Of a stretch of DNA of 64,000 nt, positions 34,861 to 43,080 are shown in pieces; the first letter of the stretch is position 1; every line of letters starts with the position of its first letter. The stretch comes from a virus. The DNA is taken from IMG/VR virus record IMGVR_UViG_3300027908_000003, positions 1-64,000 of that record. One strand, 5' to 3'. Under the pieces are notes generated by a model, which saw only the letters and a list, made by a program, of their open reading frames with translations, searched no databases and was not told where the DNA came from. The position numbers and the translations under genes were made by a program.

Positions 34861-35201
34861 CCCCAGTACACCCAGTCATTCTCTATTTCTATATATTTGT
34901 TTTGGTTACTATCCCCCCCACCATATTTTTTCTTAAACCAAAAATGTATTCCCTTATTAAACTTGCTGCAGTCCCAAAGATATTCACCATCTTTGTCTAC
35001 ATTTCCCTTATGAACTTCCCACCATAAATGAATTCCACGTTTACCAAAAATAAATTCAAATCTTCCAATACTAAATCTGAACTCCGTTGTTTTCTTATGA
35101 AAGGAAAAATTTAAAAGTCTACTATAAAAATGAATTAAGCATCCTTCTCTATTAACTTGAAACTTAAATGCTCCTAAAGGTTCGATACAAAAAGAAATCA
35201 T
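34857..35201 (-). CDS. hypothetical protein
   Basis: 114-aa ORF overlapping the dnaE start. Confidence 0.45.
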   Translation of the reverse strand: MISFCIEPLGAFKFQVNREGCLIHFYSRLLNFSFHKKTTEFRFSIGRFEFIFGKRGIHLWWEVHKGNVDKDGEYLWDCSKFNKGIHFWFKKKYGGGDSNQNKYIEIENDWVYWG

Positions 35202-35222
35202 AATAATATCTTATATTAAAAT

Positions 35223-36032
35223 CTATTTACTAAATGCACTAGACCTCATTGGCTGACCACCGTTGAAAACATCTGACTGATCGGGAACAATACCTACTGG
35301 TTGATAACCTTGAGGACTATTTTGCGCGATATTCCCCTGACCATTTAACAAAGCCACCATTTCCTCATAAGTACCAGGAGTAGTAAGCTTCACTACATCA
35401 AACTTACCTTGCACGAGATTCTGGTCCGCAACAGTAAGAGGTTCTGGCCCACCATCAATCACTGCAGGCTCAATTGCATACATAGTATTCTCCAAGCCCG
35501 CGCCTTTCCTGCTGATCAGGAAATCACGAGACATAACACCTTTATATACTTTGTCCTTTGTTAAAATCTGTTCAAAGACAGTCTTTGAGCACTTCCACAT
35601 CCAAACAGAATCTTCTAAAGCAACAATAACTTTCTGTCCATTAGTTGACTTCTCAACAAAACCTTTATCATTCTTTTTATAAACTGGAGCGCGAGAATAC
35701 GGAGACTCTTCAGTACCTCTCCAAATTAGATTTACATAACCCTTAGTAGAACGAGAACGAATCTCTTTAATATCTGACTGGCAAGCAGGACAAGAAGTTC
35801 CTTCATCATCTTGATCTAAACAAATAACATCTTGTGGCCACTGAAGACCAGGAGTTTTAATACGGTGAGAGATTGCCCAAGTAAGATTCTCACCTTGCTC
35901 TAGAAACCTCACCCGCGCCGATTCTCCGTCCTTCAGGGTGAAGTAGCTGACTGGCGTGAAGTCCGTGCTACTGCGCTTCGCGCTAATAACGCTCTGGTGT
36001 TTTTCAAATTGACCGGCTCCGCTGGGGGACAC
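35223..36032 (-). CDS. putative ssDNA-binding protein (gp32-like, Zn-binding), GTG start
   Basis: ARVRFLEQ...H...C...CPAC resembles the gp32-type Zn motif. Lies between primase and polymerase. AAAGGA sits 8 nt upstream of the GTG. Confidence 0.4.
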   Translation of the reverse strand: MSPSGAGQFEKHQSVISAKRSSTDFTPVSYFTLKDGESARVRFLEQGENLTWAISHRIKTPGLQWPQDVICLDQDDEGTSCPACQSDIKEIRSRSTKGYVNLIWRGTEESPYSRAPVYKKNDKGFVEKSTNGQKVIVALEDSVWMWKCSKTVFEQILTKDKVYKGVMSRDFLISRKGAGLENTMYAIEPAVIDGGPEPLTVADQNLVQGKFDVVKLTTPGTYEEMVALLNGQGNIAQNSPQGYQPVGIVPDQSDVFNGGQPMRSSAFSK

Positions 36033-36231
36033 TTATCCCATCCTTTAATTGAATTTATTTTAGCGTCCCTCTCGGCACGGCTAGTGCCGAGAGGGAAAAA
36101 TGTTCCACTAGCCACGTCAGGGACCACATGTAGCCACACTGACCCTTCCCGCCTTTCTCGGTATTCCGCAGGACAAGCCGCAGTTCTAGAAACTGGCCTG
36201 TTTCCTACCAAGCTGCTCAACGTACATTTTA
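36033..36231 (-). promoter_or_regulatory. GC-rich structured intergenic spacer (candidate cis-regulatory RNA / ncRNA)
   Basis: A 199-nt non-coding gap, conspicuously GC-rich. Has a perfect 13-bp hairpin (36066-36078 with 36084-36096), a competing 8-bp pairing (36079-36086 with 36106-36113), and an 11-bp bulged hairpin further upstream. Confidence 0.45.
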
Positions 36232-37260
36232 TCAGATTTTCCCCTGAGCTTGTAGAAGCAATAATGGTTCTGCAGATGACATTAACTCTCTAATAGTATG
36301 AGTATCTAGATCTGCTGCATCACCAGGAGCATTCTGTACTACCTTAATAGGCATATGCGGGGAAAGCATTTCTATTACCTTTCTCGTGCCCTTTTCTCCT
36401 GCCTTATCATTATCTAGATATATAGTTACTTCATTACATCTCTGTCTAATAATTTCACATTGCTTCTCTGAAAACTCGCTTCCGGCGATTCCTGCCGCAT
36501 AGTATCCATGTTGTGCCATTGCTAAAACATTTAGCTCACCCTCAACTAATACATAATTAAATGTTTTAGACGATCTATGCTGAGGATCTAACCCATATAC
36601 ATAGTGGGACTTTCTATAAGGTTGAAATTTGTATCTAGCTTGATTATTATAATCTCCAAGTATCATGTACTTTGGAATAGTATTCTCGCGCCAAGCACGA
36701 CCCTTGAATCCAACTAAATTATCATCTGTATCCCATATGGGAATAGTAATACGATCTGATATTTTGTCATATCCTATATTCCACTGTGATAATATTTCTG
36801 GAGAGAATTCTCTATCCATCATATATTTATATCCTGGTACTAAATCTTCAGTAAACCAATTTACTTCAAACTCTTGCAGCCAGGAATCGTCGGGAGAAAT
36901 TCTCTTCTCTTCTTCTACGATTCCTGGATTCATAATTCTTTTAACCTCTTCTTCTAAAGTTCCTACTCCGGCTGAAATTCCCCCGCCGCCATATCTTTCT
37001 TCAAGTAATCTCCTAGCTACAGTTTCAGGCAGAGATTTATGCCAAGCAAGAAAAGTAATTGCATTTCCTCTTTGGCCACAGTTATGACACAACCATGCAG
37101 ATGTTCGGGAGTTCATTCGCGCGGAAGGTGATCTATCACCATGAAAATGCTCACTTGAAGGACAAGAAAATGATATCTCACCACCAGATTCAGAGATATT
37201 GGATATGCCAGTTGACTCCAATAAGTCCTTGCAGTTTATATAAGAAAGATCCTCAAGCAT
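36232..37260 (-). CDS. dnaG: DnaG-type primase
   Basis: Zn finger CPSSEHFHGDRSPSARMN...CHNCGQRGNAITFL and TOPRIM VLVEGELNVLA...YLDNDKAGEKG. Confidence 0.8.
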   Translation of the reverse strand: MLEDLSYINCKDLLESTGISNISESGGEISFSCPSSEHFHGDRSPSARMNSRTSAWLCHNCGQRGNAITFLAWHKSLPETVARRLLEERYGGGGISAGVGTLEEEVKRIMNPGIVEEEKRISPDDSWLQEFEVNWFTEDLVPGYKYMMDREFSPEILSQWNIGYDKISDRITIPIWDTDDNLVGFKGRAWRENTIPKYMILGDYNNQARYKFQPYRKSHYVYGLDPQHRSSKTFNYVLVEGELNVLAMAQHGYYAAGIAGSEFSEKQCEIIRQRCNEVTIYLDNDKAGEKGTRKVIEMLSPHMPIKVVQNAPGDAADLDTHTIRELMSSAEPLLLLQAQGKI

Positions 37261-37465
37261 ATAAATACTCTAGAAATTTTCTAGCATCTTTTATAATTAT
37301 TGGATCTCTCTCATAATATTCAGGATGTTCAGTAATATAAATTAATTTTTTAATCCAATTAGCAACAGTATCTATATCTACTACTTTAATTTTTCCAGAC
37401 GGAGTTTTTATCTCTGGTCCGTCAGCAATAATCTCATTTGTAGTTTCTAATAAAGTCCATATCAT
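37253..37465 (-). CDS. hypothetical protein
   Basis: 70-aa ORF. Confidence 0.45.
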   Translation of the reverse strand: MIWTLLETTNEIIADGPEIKTPSGKIKVVDIDTVANWIKKLIYITEHPEYYERDPIIIKDARKFLEYLYA

Positions 37466-37621
37466 ATTAATCAGAAGACACAGATAGCTTTTCTAAATCT
37501 TCACGTAATAAACTCAATGCTACTTGCCCACCATCTGACAATTTATCTTTCTCTTTCTCAACAATTTCTAACCACGCCCATAAACCCATAGAAAACATTC
37601 TATTTTGTGCAGACTCACTAA

Positions 37622-37849
37622 TCATAATTTAATATTCTCCATAGGGTCTAGCCAAATAAGATCAGGACGCATATCACTAGGATTCAATCCAGCATAATTA
37701 GTTGATACATGAGTATAGATAGCATGACAACCCTCTTTTGAAACAGGTTTATAACCTAATGTAGTATCGTGCTGTTCCTCATATGGATCACAGTCTTGCC
37801 CGCAAGCCCCACACTTAGAATTCCAACTATTTATATATAAAATAACCAT
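37622..37849 (-). CDS. hypothetical Cys-containing protein
   Basis: 75-aa ORF. Confidence 0.45.
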   Translation of the reverse strand: MVILYINSWNSKCGACGQDCDPYEEQHDTTLGYKPVSKEGCHAIYTHVSTNYAGLNPSDMRPDLIWLDPMENIKL

Positions 37850-37990
37850 TCTATCACCTACTAGAGTTATCTACATCTGCACCAATAGCAAATATTAATG
37901 TTCCAGTCCACCAATTTATAGGATCAAATAATAATCCTCCATGTCTGCCACCACTAGAAACTACCACATAGACTAATAACCAAATAAAAG

Positions 37991-38404
37991 TCATATCCGG
38001 CCTCTTTCTTTTTCACAAGCAATACAATATCTTCTGCCACGTTTTATTATAGTGTTCTCATCATCAAAAGGATGCCAAAATTTACAATGAGTTTTTCTTT
38101 TATTTATAGCAGAAGCAGAATTAGATCTTTCATTATTTTTTATGCCTGTAAGTAACTGTAAATGATTAGGATTAACACAGCTAGTGTTATTGCAACGATG
38201 ATCCACTTGAAGACCAGCAGGAATTGAGCCAAAATGTAATGTCCAACTAAACAAATGCGCCTTCCTCGTTTTATATGGAGCACAAGTAAAATTTCCGTAT
38301 CCTTTTTGATCCCTTGCTGCAAGCCAATTCCAACACTGATCTTCTAATCCAACATCTACCTTGTTCCAGAAAAGCAAGATCCTAACTGGGTTGTCAATTT
38401 CCAC
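37991..38404 (-). CDS. HNH endonuclease
   Basis: QCWNWLAARDQKGYGNF...AHLFSW...VDHRCNNTSCVNPNHLQL is the canonical phage HNH pattern. Confidence 0.8.
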   Translation of the reverse strand: MEIDNPVRILLFWNKVDVGLEDQCWNWLAARDQKGYGNFTCAPYKTRKAHLFSWTLHFGSIPAGLQVDHRCNNTSCVNPNHLQLLTGIKNNERSNSASAINKRKTHCKFWHPFDDENTIIKRGRRYCIACEKERGRI

Positions 38405-38767
38405 TTAACTCTCCCACATCCAGAAGTACTTCCACAACATGGACAAGTGTGACACGATCCCGTTGGCCGCATTAAGTTTCCACAAATACGACAGATCATT
38501 TTATTCTCCTATTATTTGACCTCTGTCTTAACGCTTGTGTAGCTGTCGGCAGCTTTCATAATCTCAGTCTCAATCGGGAATTCTAATTCATTATCTTCCC
38601 AGTTATTTGTATTCTCAATGGCAAAATTTGCACCTGCAATAAACGCTGCCTCTAATTCCTCCTGGACATTCATGATTTCCTCCAAGTAATTTTATTAAGA
38701 CCCGTGATAGGAAAGAAAACTCGTATTGCAATAAGTAATACAACTATTTGTGCGACTAATTCCCAGC

Positions 38768-38992
38768 TCATACAATTCCCCAATCTTCTGCCAACATATC
38801 TGTCTGGCTAGCAAGCCACGGTACTAAATCTGCTTGTGCTGTATACATATAAATATAAGGCAACGTCATCTTAGAATTCTCGTCTGGTACTTGTAGAGCT
38901 AACCACATATTCTTTCCATTCCATCCCTCTCGCGCGACTCTCGCGCCGATCTCCTTCATATGAAGAATTGCTTCACCAAAATTCATAGCCAT
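38768..38992 (-). CDS. DUF2829-family protein (family that includes the Thoeris anti-defence protein Tad2)
   Basis: MNFGEAILHMK..G.RVAREGWNGKNMWL...LPYIYMYTAQADLVPWLASQTDMLAEDWGIV matches the DUF2829 pattern across the whole 74 aa. Confidence 0.65.
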   Translation of the reverse strand: MAMNFGEAILHMKEIGARVAREGWNGKNMWLALQVPDENSKMTLPYIYMYTAQADLVPWLASQTDMLAEDWGIV

Positions 38993-39189
38993 CCAATATC
39001 CTTTGCAAAATGAAAAATTAAACTATTAACAGCTCTTAACTCTTGAATCTGAATGTCATCCTTATCAGGAGCACTAGATAACTCAGCAGCTAGATTATGC
39101 AGCCACGCACTACTCTTAATTAACGGATTGCCCGCATCAAAACAATCTTCAAATACTTCTCTAGCTTCAGAAAACTCCATAACCTCCAT
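38983..39189 (-). CDS. hypothetical protein
   Basis: 68-aa ORF. Confidence 0.45.
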   Translation of the reverse strand: MEVMEFSEAREVFEDCFDAGNPLIKSSAWLHNLAAELSSAPDKDDIQIQELRAVNSLIFHFAKDIGWL

Positions 39190-40445
39190 TACACTACTGC
39201 TCCTTTTTCAAAATTACTTACACCAGCATTCCACTCATGAAATTCCATAAATTCTGGATTGCAGTACATATTAGCCTCACTTGGAGCACCACGTCTATTC
39301 TTGATTAATCTAATATTCAATTTTTTCTGTGCTCGCATTTCCTCGTCTTGCATCATACCTATATATAAATCAGACGCTTGAAGAATCGAGATAGATCCTC
39401 CCATGTTAGCCTCTGTAGATCCCTCATTGGCCGAATTCCGCTGATCCTGTGAAACCATAATTATTGCTGAATCAGTAGCCAATGCAATTGACTTCAATTC
39501 ATTTGTGATCTCTACAAGACCCTCCCATTTAGCCATAGAAGATTTAGATCCATTCATCAACTGAACATAATCTACACAAGTGATATCAGGCTTATATCTA
39601 TTAATTTCTGCGTAAACACGATCGACTGTACAATTCATCATCTTATCGTTTACGATCAAATCATTTTTCACATTTTTGTATTTATCAGCAGCTTTTCTCC
39701 AAGCATCTACCTCAACTTCAGATAACTGTTTATCTCTTAATAGTTTATGACTACAATTAGTTGCTAGCGTATCGAAGCGTCTAGCAATCTCTTTTGCACT
39801 CATCTCTAGTGACATCAACAGAGCAGTTTTCTCCTGCTCGACTGCTCCTGCTAGAAAGTGAGAGCTAGTTAAGCTCTTGCCACGACCCGAGAATCCCGCC
39901 ACAGTAATTACATCTCCAGGCTGGAATCCTCCGGTAAGATCATCAAACACAGGAATCATCATCTTGATTCCAGCAGATGTACCCTCTTCTTTTTCAATTT
40001 CATATTGGTCAATACGCTCATGCATTTCAGAATAAATACGAGAGACTTGTCCGGAGGGAATTACCGTGGCCAAATCTCTCGCCGCATCTAGCATTATCTC
40101 ATCTAACCTTGACCAGTTAGAGGGATTGCTTTCTGCTTGTGCTAACTCTAATACCTTTGCCGCGAAATATCGCCGACGCACATCATTCAGAAACTCATCT
40201 ATTAATGCCTCTAATGGATCTGATGATGGTTCTCCTCTCCATTCAGGGAAATTATTTTTCACTAACTGCAAAGATGGACAGACGCCATATTTTCGCGCGT
40301 GCTTCGCTGCCCAAATAAAAACAGAACGGCATTCTTCTCCACTCTTAGTATTGCTATAATGCTTTGCTTCAACCCCGCGAGCTAGGAGAGTAGATACTTG
40401 ACCTGTTGTAAGTGCAGAGGTAAGAACTGCACGCTCACTGTCCAT
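39189..40445 (-). CDS. dnaB: DnaB-like replicative helicase
   Basis: N-terminal ERAVLTSAL, Walker A GFSGRGKSLTS, and the RecA-like C-terminal domain (IMVSQDQR). Confidence 0.8.
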   Translation of the reverse strand: MDSERAVLTSALTTGQVSTLLARGVEAKHYSNTKSGEECRSVFIWAAKHARKYGVCPSLQLVKNNFPEWRGEPSSDPLEALIDEFLNDVRRRYFAAKVLELAQAESNPSNWSRLDEIMLDAARDLATVIPSGQVSRIYSEMHERIDQYEIEKEEGTSAGIKMMIPVFDDLTGGFQPGDVITVAGFSGRGKSLTSSHFLAGAVEQEKTALLMSLEMSAKEIARRFDTLATNCSHKLLRDKQLSEVEVDAWRKAADKYKNVKNDLIVNDKMMNCTVDRVYAEINRYKPDITCVDYVQLMNGSKSSMAKWEGLVEITNELKSIALATDSAIIMVSQDQRNSANEGSTEANMGGSISILQASDLYIGMMQDEEMRAQKKLNIRLIKNRRGAPSEANMYCNPEFMEFHEWNAGVSNFEKGAVV

Positions 40446-40725
40446 TGTTACTCAATTCCAAAAGTACATCTGCATGGCACGGCAGCGGAGCACACCAGCA
40501 AACTAAATCCTTACCCTTCAACTTACCTTTAATATTTTCTAATAGCCCACGATTCTCTAGTTTAAGAATCCACTCTCGATATAGCTCTACACACTCTCCC
40601 TGCTTACCATCTTTTCCTACAATAAAAGGATTACCAAATGCAGTAGGTCTACCTACATAGACTGCATCTGAAGGAGGAGGAATGGCCCCTTTTCGTTTTG
40701 AATAAACTTTAGGAATATCACTCAT
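40435..40725 (-). CDS. DUF4326-like protein
   Basis: VYVGRPTAFGNPF...LYREWIL...LKGKDLVCWCAPLPCHADVL matches the DUF4326 pattern. Confidence 0.6.
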   Translation of the reverse strand: MSDIPKVYSKRKGAIPPPSDAVYVGRPTAFGNPFIVGKDGKQGECVELYREWILKLENRGLLENIKGKLKGKDLVCWCAPLPCHADVLLELSNNGQ

Positions 40726-40742
40726 CTAATCTCCTTATTAAG

Positions 40743-41525
40743 TTATCTCTTCCCAATAGCTGCTCTGATATCATTTTTCTTATCAGTAACACAAAATACA
40801 GTTGGGAATCCACTCGACCGGATCAGCTCAGTCACGTCTAGCTCCTGGCCGATTCCAACCTCTAATGCTATCAGGCGCACAGACTTGCGGGGCTGCACCT
40901 GGGCGAGCAGGCGGCGGGTGAGATCAAAGCCATCAGAGCCGCCCCACAGAGCCACCTGGGGCTCATGCTCCACCATCTCCGGCGCATAGCTGTCCCTTTT
41001 AGTGGTAGGTAAATACGGCAAATTAGCGAGCACACAATAAAAATCACCCTTCACGCCCTCTAGTAAATCAGCATCCTTCCAATCTACATCTAGCTCTAGA
41101 TTAACTGAATTAATAGAAGCTACATCAAGCGCATCTTTTGAGATATCTACTCCTAATATACTTAGATCATGACGCTCATTCTTTACTGCTAGTGACACTG
41201 CGCCGCTTCCAGCGCCGACATCGACCAAAGAAACTTCTGAAGGACACTCACTAACAGCAATTTCTACTAACGGTTCTGTCTCAGTACGAGGGATCAAAAC
41301 ACGTTCATCAATATACAGATCTAGCCCTCTAAACTTAGCATGTTTAGTTATATAAGCAACTGGTTCATGCTGGTTAACTCTACGAGTAAGAAGAACATTA
41401 AACTCACTAGAGTTATTTGTCTTAGCAAGCAACTCTTCTGCTTCTGCAATCGGATCAAAACCATTTACATCTGCAATAAGTGATGCAGCTTCTTCCAAAG
41501 TATAATTCACAGTTGTAGTACTCAT
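40743..41525 (-). CDS. prmC: PrmC/HemK-family methyltransferase (variant NLPY motif)
   Basis: FRGLDLYIDERVLIPRTETEPLVE, SAM motif VDVGAGSGAVSLAV, and ANLPYLP in place of NPPY. The 3' third carries a GC-rich patch at about 40815-40995. Confidence 0.7.
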   Translation of the reverse strand: MSTTTVNYTLEEAASLIADVNGFDPIAEAEELLAKTNNSSEFNVLLTRRVNQHEPVAYITKHAKFRGLDLYIDERVLIPRTETEPLVEIAVSECPSEVSLVDVGAGSGAVSLAVKNERHDLSILGVDISKDALDVASINSVNLELDVDWKDADLLEGVKGDFYCVLANLPYLPTTKRDSYAPEMVEHEPQVALWGGSDGFDLTRRLLAQVQPRKSVRLIALEVGIGQELDVTELIRSSGFPTVFCVTDKKNDIRAAIGKR

Positions 41526-41860
41526 GCTTGATATCTTCCTTCAGTAGATTGACGTGTAAGAGCATGAACTGATTGTCTATCTTCTGCTACAGCTTCCTCA
41601 CATATACTTTGAGTTAGCCGAATATTTTTCTTTAAATCATCATCTGTAGTATCATCAAAATATCTTGTTACAGACACGGGTCCCACATTCACATTGCCAT
41701 ATTGAACTGTAGGTATCAACTCTGATGCTGCACAAGATATTCTAACTAATGGCTTACCGTTAGATCCTATAAATGATATATCTTCTGTATTCTTCAAACC
41801 ATTCTCTAAAGCTAACTTATTCTGCGGTCCGCTACCAGACCCTACATCAATAGCTGCCAT
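41522..41860 (-). CDS. hypothetical protein
   Basis: 112-aa ORF. Confidence 0.5.
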   Translation of the reverse strand: MAAIDVGSGSGPQNKLALENGLKNTEDISFIGSNGKPLVRISCAASELIPTVQYGNVNVGPVSVTRYFDDTTDDDLKKNIRLTQSICEEAVAEDRQSVHALTRQSTEGRYQA

Positions 41861-41862
41861 AT

Positions 41863-42045
41863 TTAATCTTCCTCGCTATCAAGTTGTCTTTCCAATAAGT
41901 CATTCCTTCTTTTCATTTCATCAACCATGTAAATGAAAGTATTTGCCAAAGAACCTAGAATCTGAAGTTCATTCTCATCTTTAGTTCCCTTAGCTAATTG
42001 TTTTACGGCATTTACTCTGTTTATATTCTGTCCAGAGAAATTCAT
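41863..42045 (-). CDS. hypothetical protein
   Basis: 60-aa ORF, the first gene of this minus-strand operon segment. Confidence 0.45.
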   Translation of the reverse strand: MNFSGQNINRVNAVKQLAKGTKDENELQILGSLANTFIYMVDEMKRRNDLLERQLDSEED

Positions 42046-42191
42046 TTTTTCTTTTATATTTCCTTCTTTTAGATTTTATAATGAATGTTCAACCGATACA
42101 TCGGTATCAGCCCTACAGCCTAGCAAAGATCAAGCAGAACCATGATGTCCTTTAGGCTCTTGAAGGTCTTCAAAAAGTTTCTGCAGAAGTC

Positions 42192-42221
42192 TTGACAAGA
42201 TCATTCGATAGCTGCTATAGT
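42192..42221 (+). promoter_or_regulatory. sigma70-type promoter
   Basis: TTGACA at 42192-42197, an 18-nt spacer, then TGcTATAGT at 42213-42221. About 40 nt upstream of GTG 42263, which is preceded by AGGAGA. Confidence 0.55.
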
Positions 42222-42262
42222 GATCTATACGCTCTTATAAACACTAGACACAGGAGAAAATT

Positions 42263-42607
42263 GTGAGCGCAACTGATGCAATTGTACGTTTGACTGAAGA
42301 GTCCCTTGCTGAGAAGATCAAGGAACGTGACGAGAAGGTTGGTCCTCTGGTAACTGAAATCAAGGATCTTGAGGCTGCCCTAAAGAAGCTTACTAGGGGT
42401 AGTGGTAGTGGACCTTCCGCGCCGACTGTCGCCGAGGATGACCTGCTCGCTGCTGTAGCGCATGTTTCAAAAGAGGGTCCTGCTTCATCTAAAGACATTG
42501 CTAAATTCCTTGGGACTGACACGCGGAACATCGCGCGCCGCCTGTCCTCCTTTGCTTCTGACGGTAAGATTAGTGGAGATAAGGATACTGGCTACTCCGT
42601 AGCATAA
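42263..42607 (+). CDS. putative DNA-binding protein (coiled coil plus winged-helix-like C-terminus), GTG start
   Basis: 114 aa. The only plus-strand gene within about 50 kb of minus-strand genes. The C-terminus SSKDIAKFLGTDTRNIARRLSSFASDGKI looks wHTH-like. Visibly higher GC than its neighbours. Confidence 0.5.
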   Translation: MSATDAIVRLTEESLAEKIKERDEKVGPLVTEIKDLEAALKKLTRGSGSGPSAPTVAEDDLLAAVAHVSKEGPASSKDIAKFLGTDTRNIARRLSSFASDGKISGDKDTGYSVA

Positions 42608-42614
42608 TTCTAGG

Positions 42615-42664
42615 AAATGGCCGGGGAGAATGTTTTCATTATATTCTCTCCGGCCATTTTTCTG
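42615..42664 (+). terminator. rho-independent terminator (possibly bidirectional)
   Basis: AAATGGCCGGGGAGAAT ... ATTCTCTCCGGCCATTT long stem with one G-T pair, followed by TTTTTCTG. Confidence 0.65.
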
Positions 42665-42786
42665 CCGTTAACTTATAACTGGATAGAATCCAAACTCGTC
42701 TTGAGGGCTCCAGCATTCGCTACAAAGATTTTCGTAATACGAATTCTTTGCTAGGAATCTTCCGCAAGATGAGCATCTTTTCTTTT

Positions 42787-42870
42787 GCCCCAATGATGAA
42801 ATCGGTAAACATAGGGGACTTAAAATCCCCGGCTTGTAAAAGCTTGTAGGTTCGAGTCCTACTTGGGGCA
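42787..42870 (+). tRNA. tRNA-Leu (anticodon UAA), class II with a long variable arm
   Basis: Hand-folded. Acceptor GCCCCAA/TTGGGGC. D stem ATG/CAT with a GG loop. Anticodon stem GGGGA/TCCCC with loop CT-TAA-AA. Variable arm GGCTT-gtaa-AAGCT. T arm GTAGG-TTCGAGT-CCTAC. 84 nt. Confidence 0.85.
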
Positions 42871-43080
42871 TGACGAATTTTCCTCCCATATAGTCATCCA
42901 ATCATTCATACACGGCTTGCATAGATATCCTGCAGGCTGTCCCATTATGAAAACAGAATGAGTAGCTTGCTTATTCATTTCTCGTCTTTGATGCTGTGTA
43001 TTACAAAAATGCATTTGATCATTTCTTAGAGACTTCAACTCCAATATCCCTATAGACTTAGATGCGTATTTCTTAGGCAT
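42859..43080 (-). CDS. hypothetical Cys-containing protein
   Basis: 73-aa ORF overlapping the helicase stop. Its 3' end overlaps the tRNA-Leu 3' end by 12 nt, so the true extent is uncertain. Confidence 0.35.
   Translation of the reverse strand: MPKKYASKSIGILELKSLRNDQMHFCNTQHQRREMNKQATHSVFIMGQPAGYLCKPCMNDWMTIWEENSSCPK

Noticed and set aside
35933-36293. ORFs 35933-36220 (minus) and 35997-36293 (plus) across the primase-SSB spacer.
   Set aside because: They lie in a GC-rich, hairpin-dense non-coding gap and overlap the SSB 5' end. Arg/Ser/Ala/Pro-rich composition is typical of shadow ORFs.
42668-42901. 77-aa minus-strand ORF.
   Set aside because: It is largely the antisense translation of tRNA-Leu (VGLEPTSFY is a T-arm signature). 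No independent start or ribosome-binding support.
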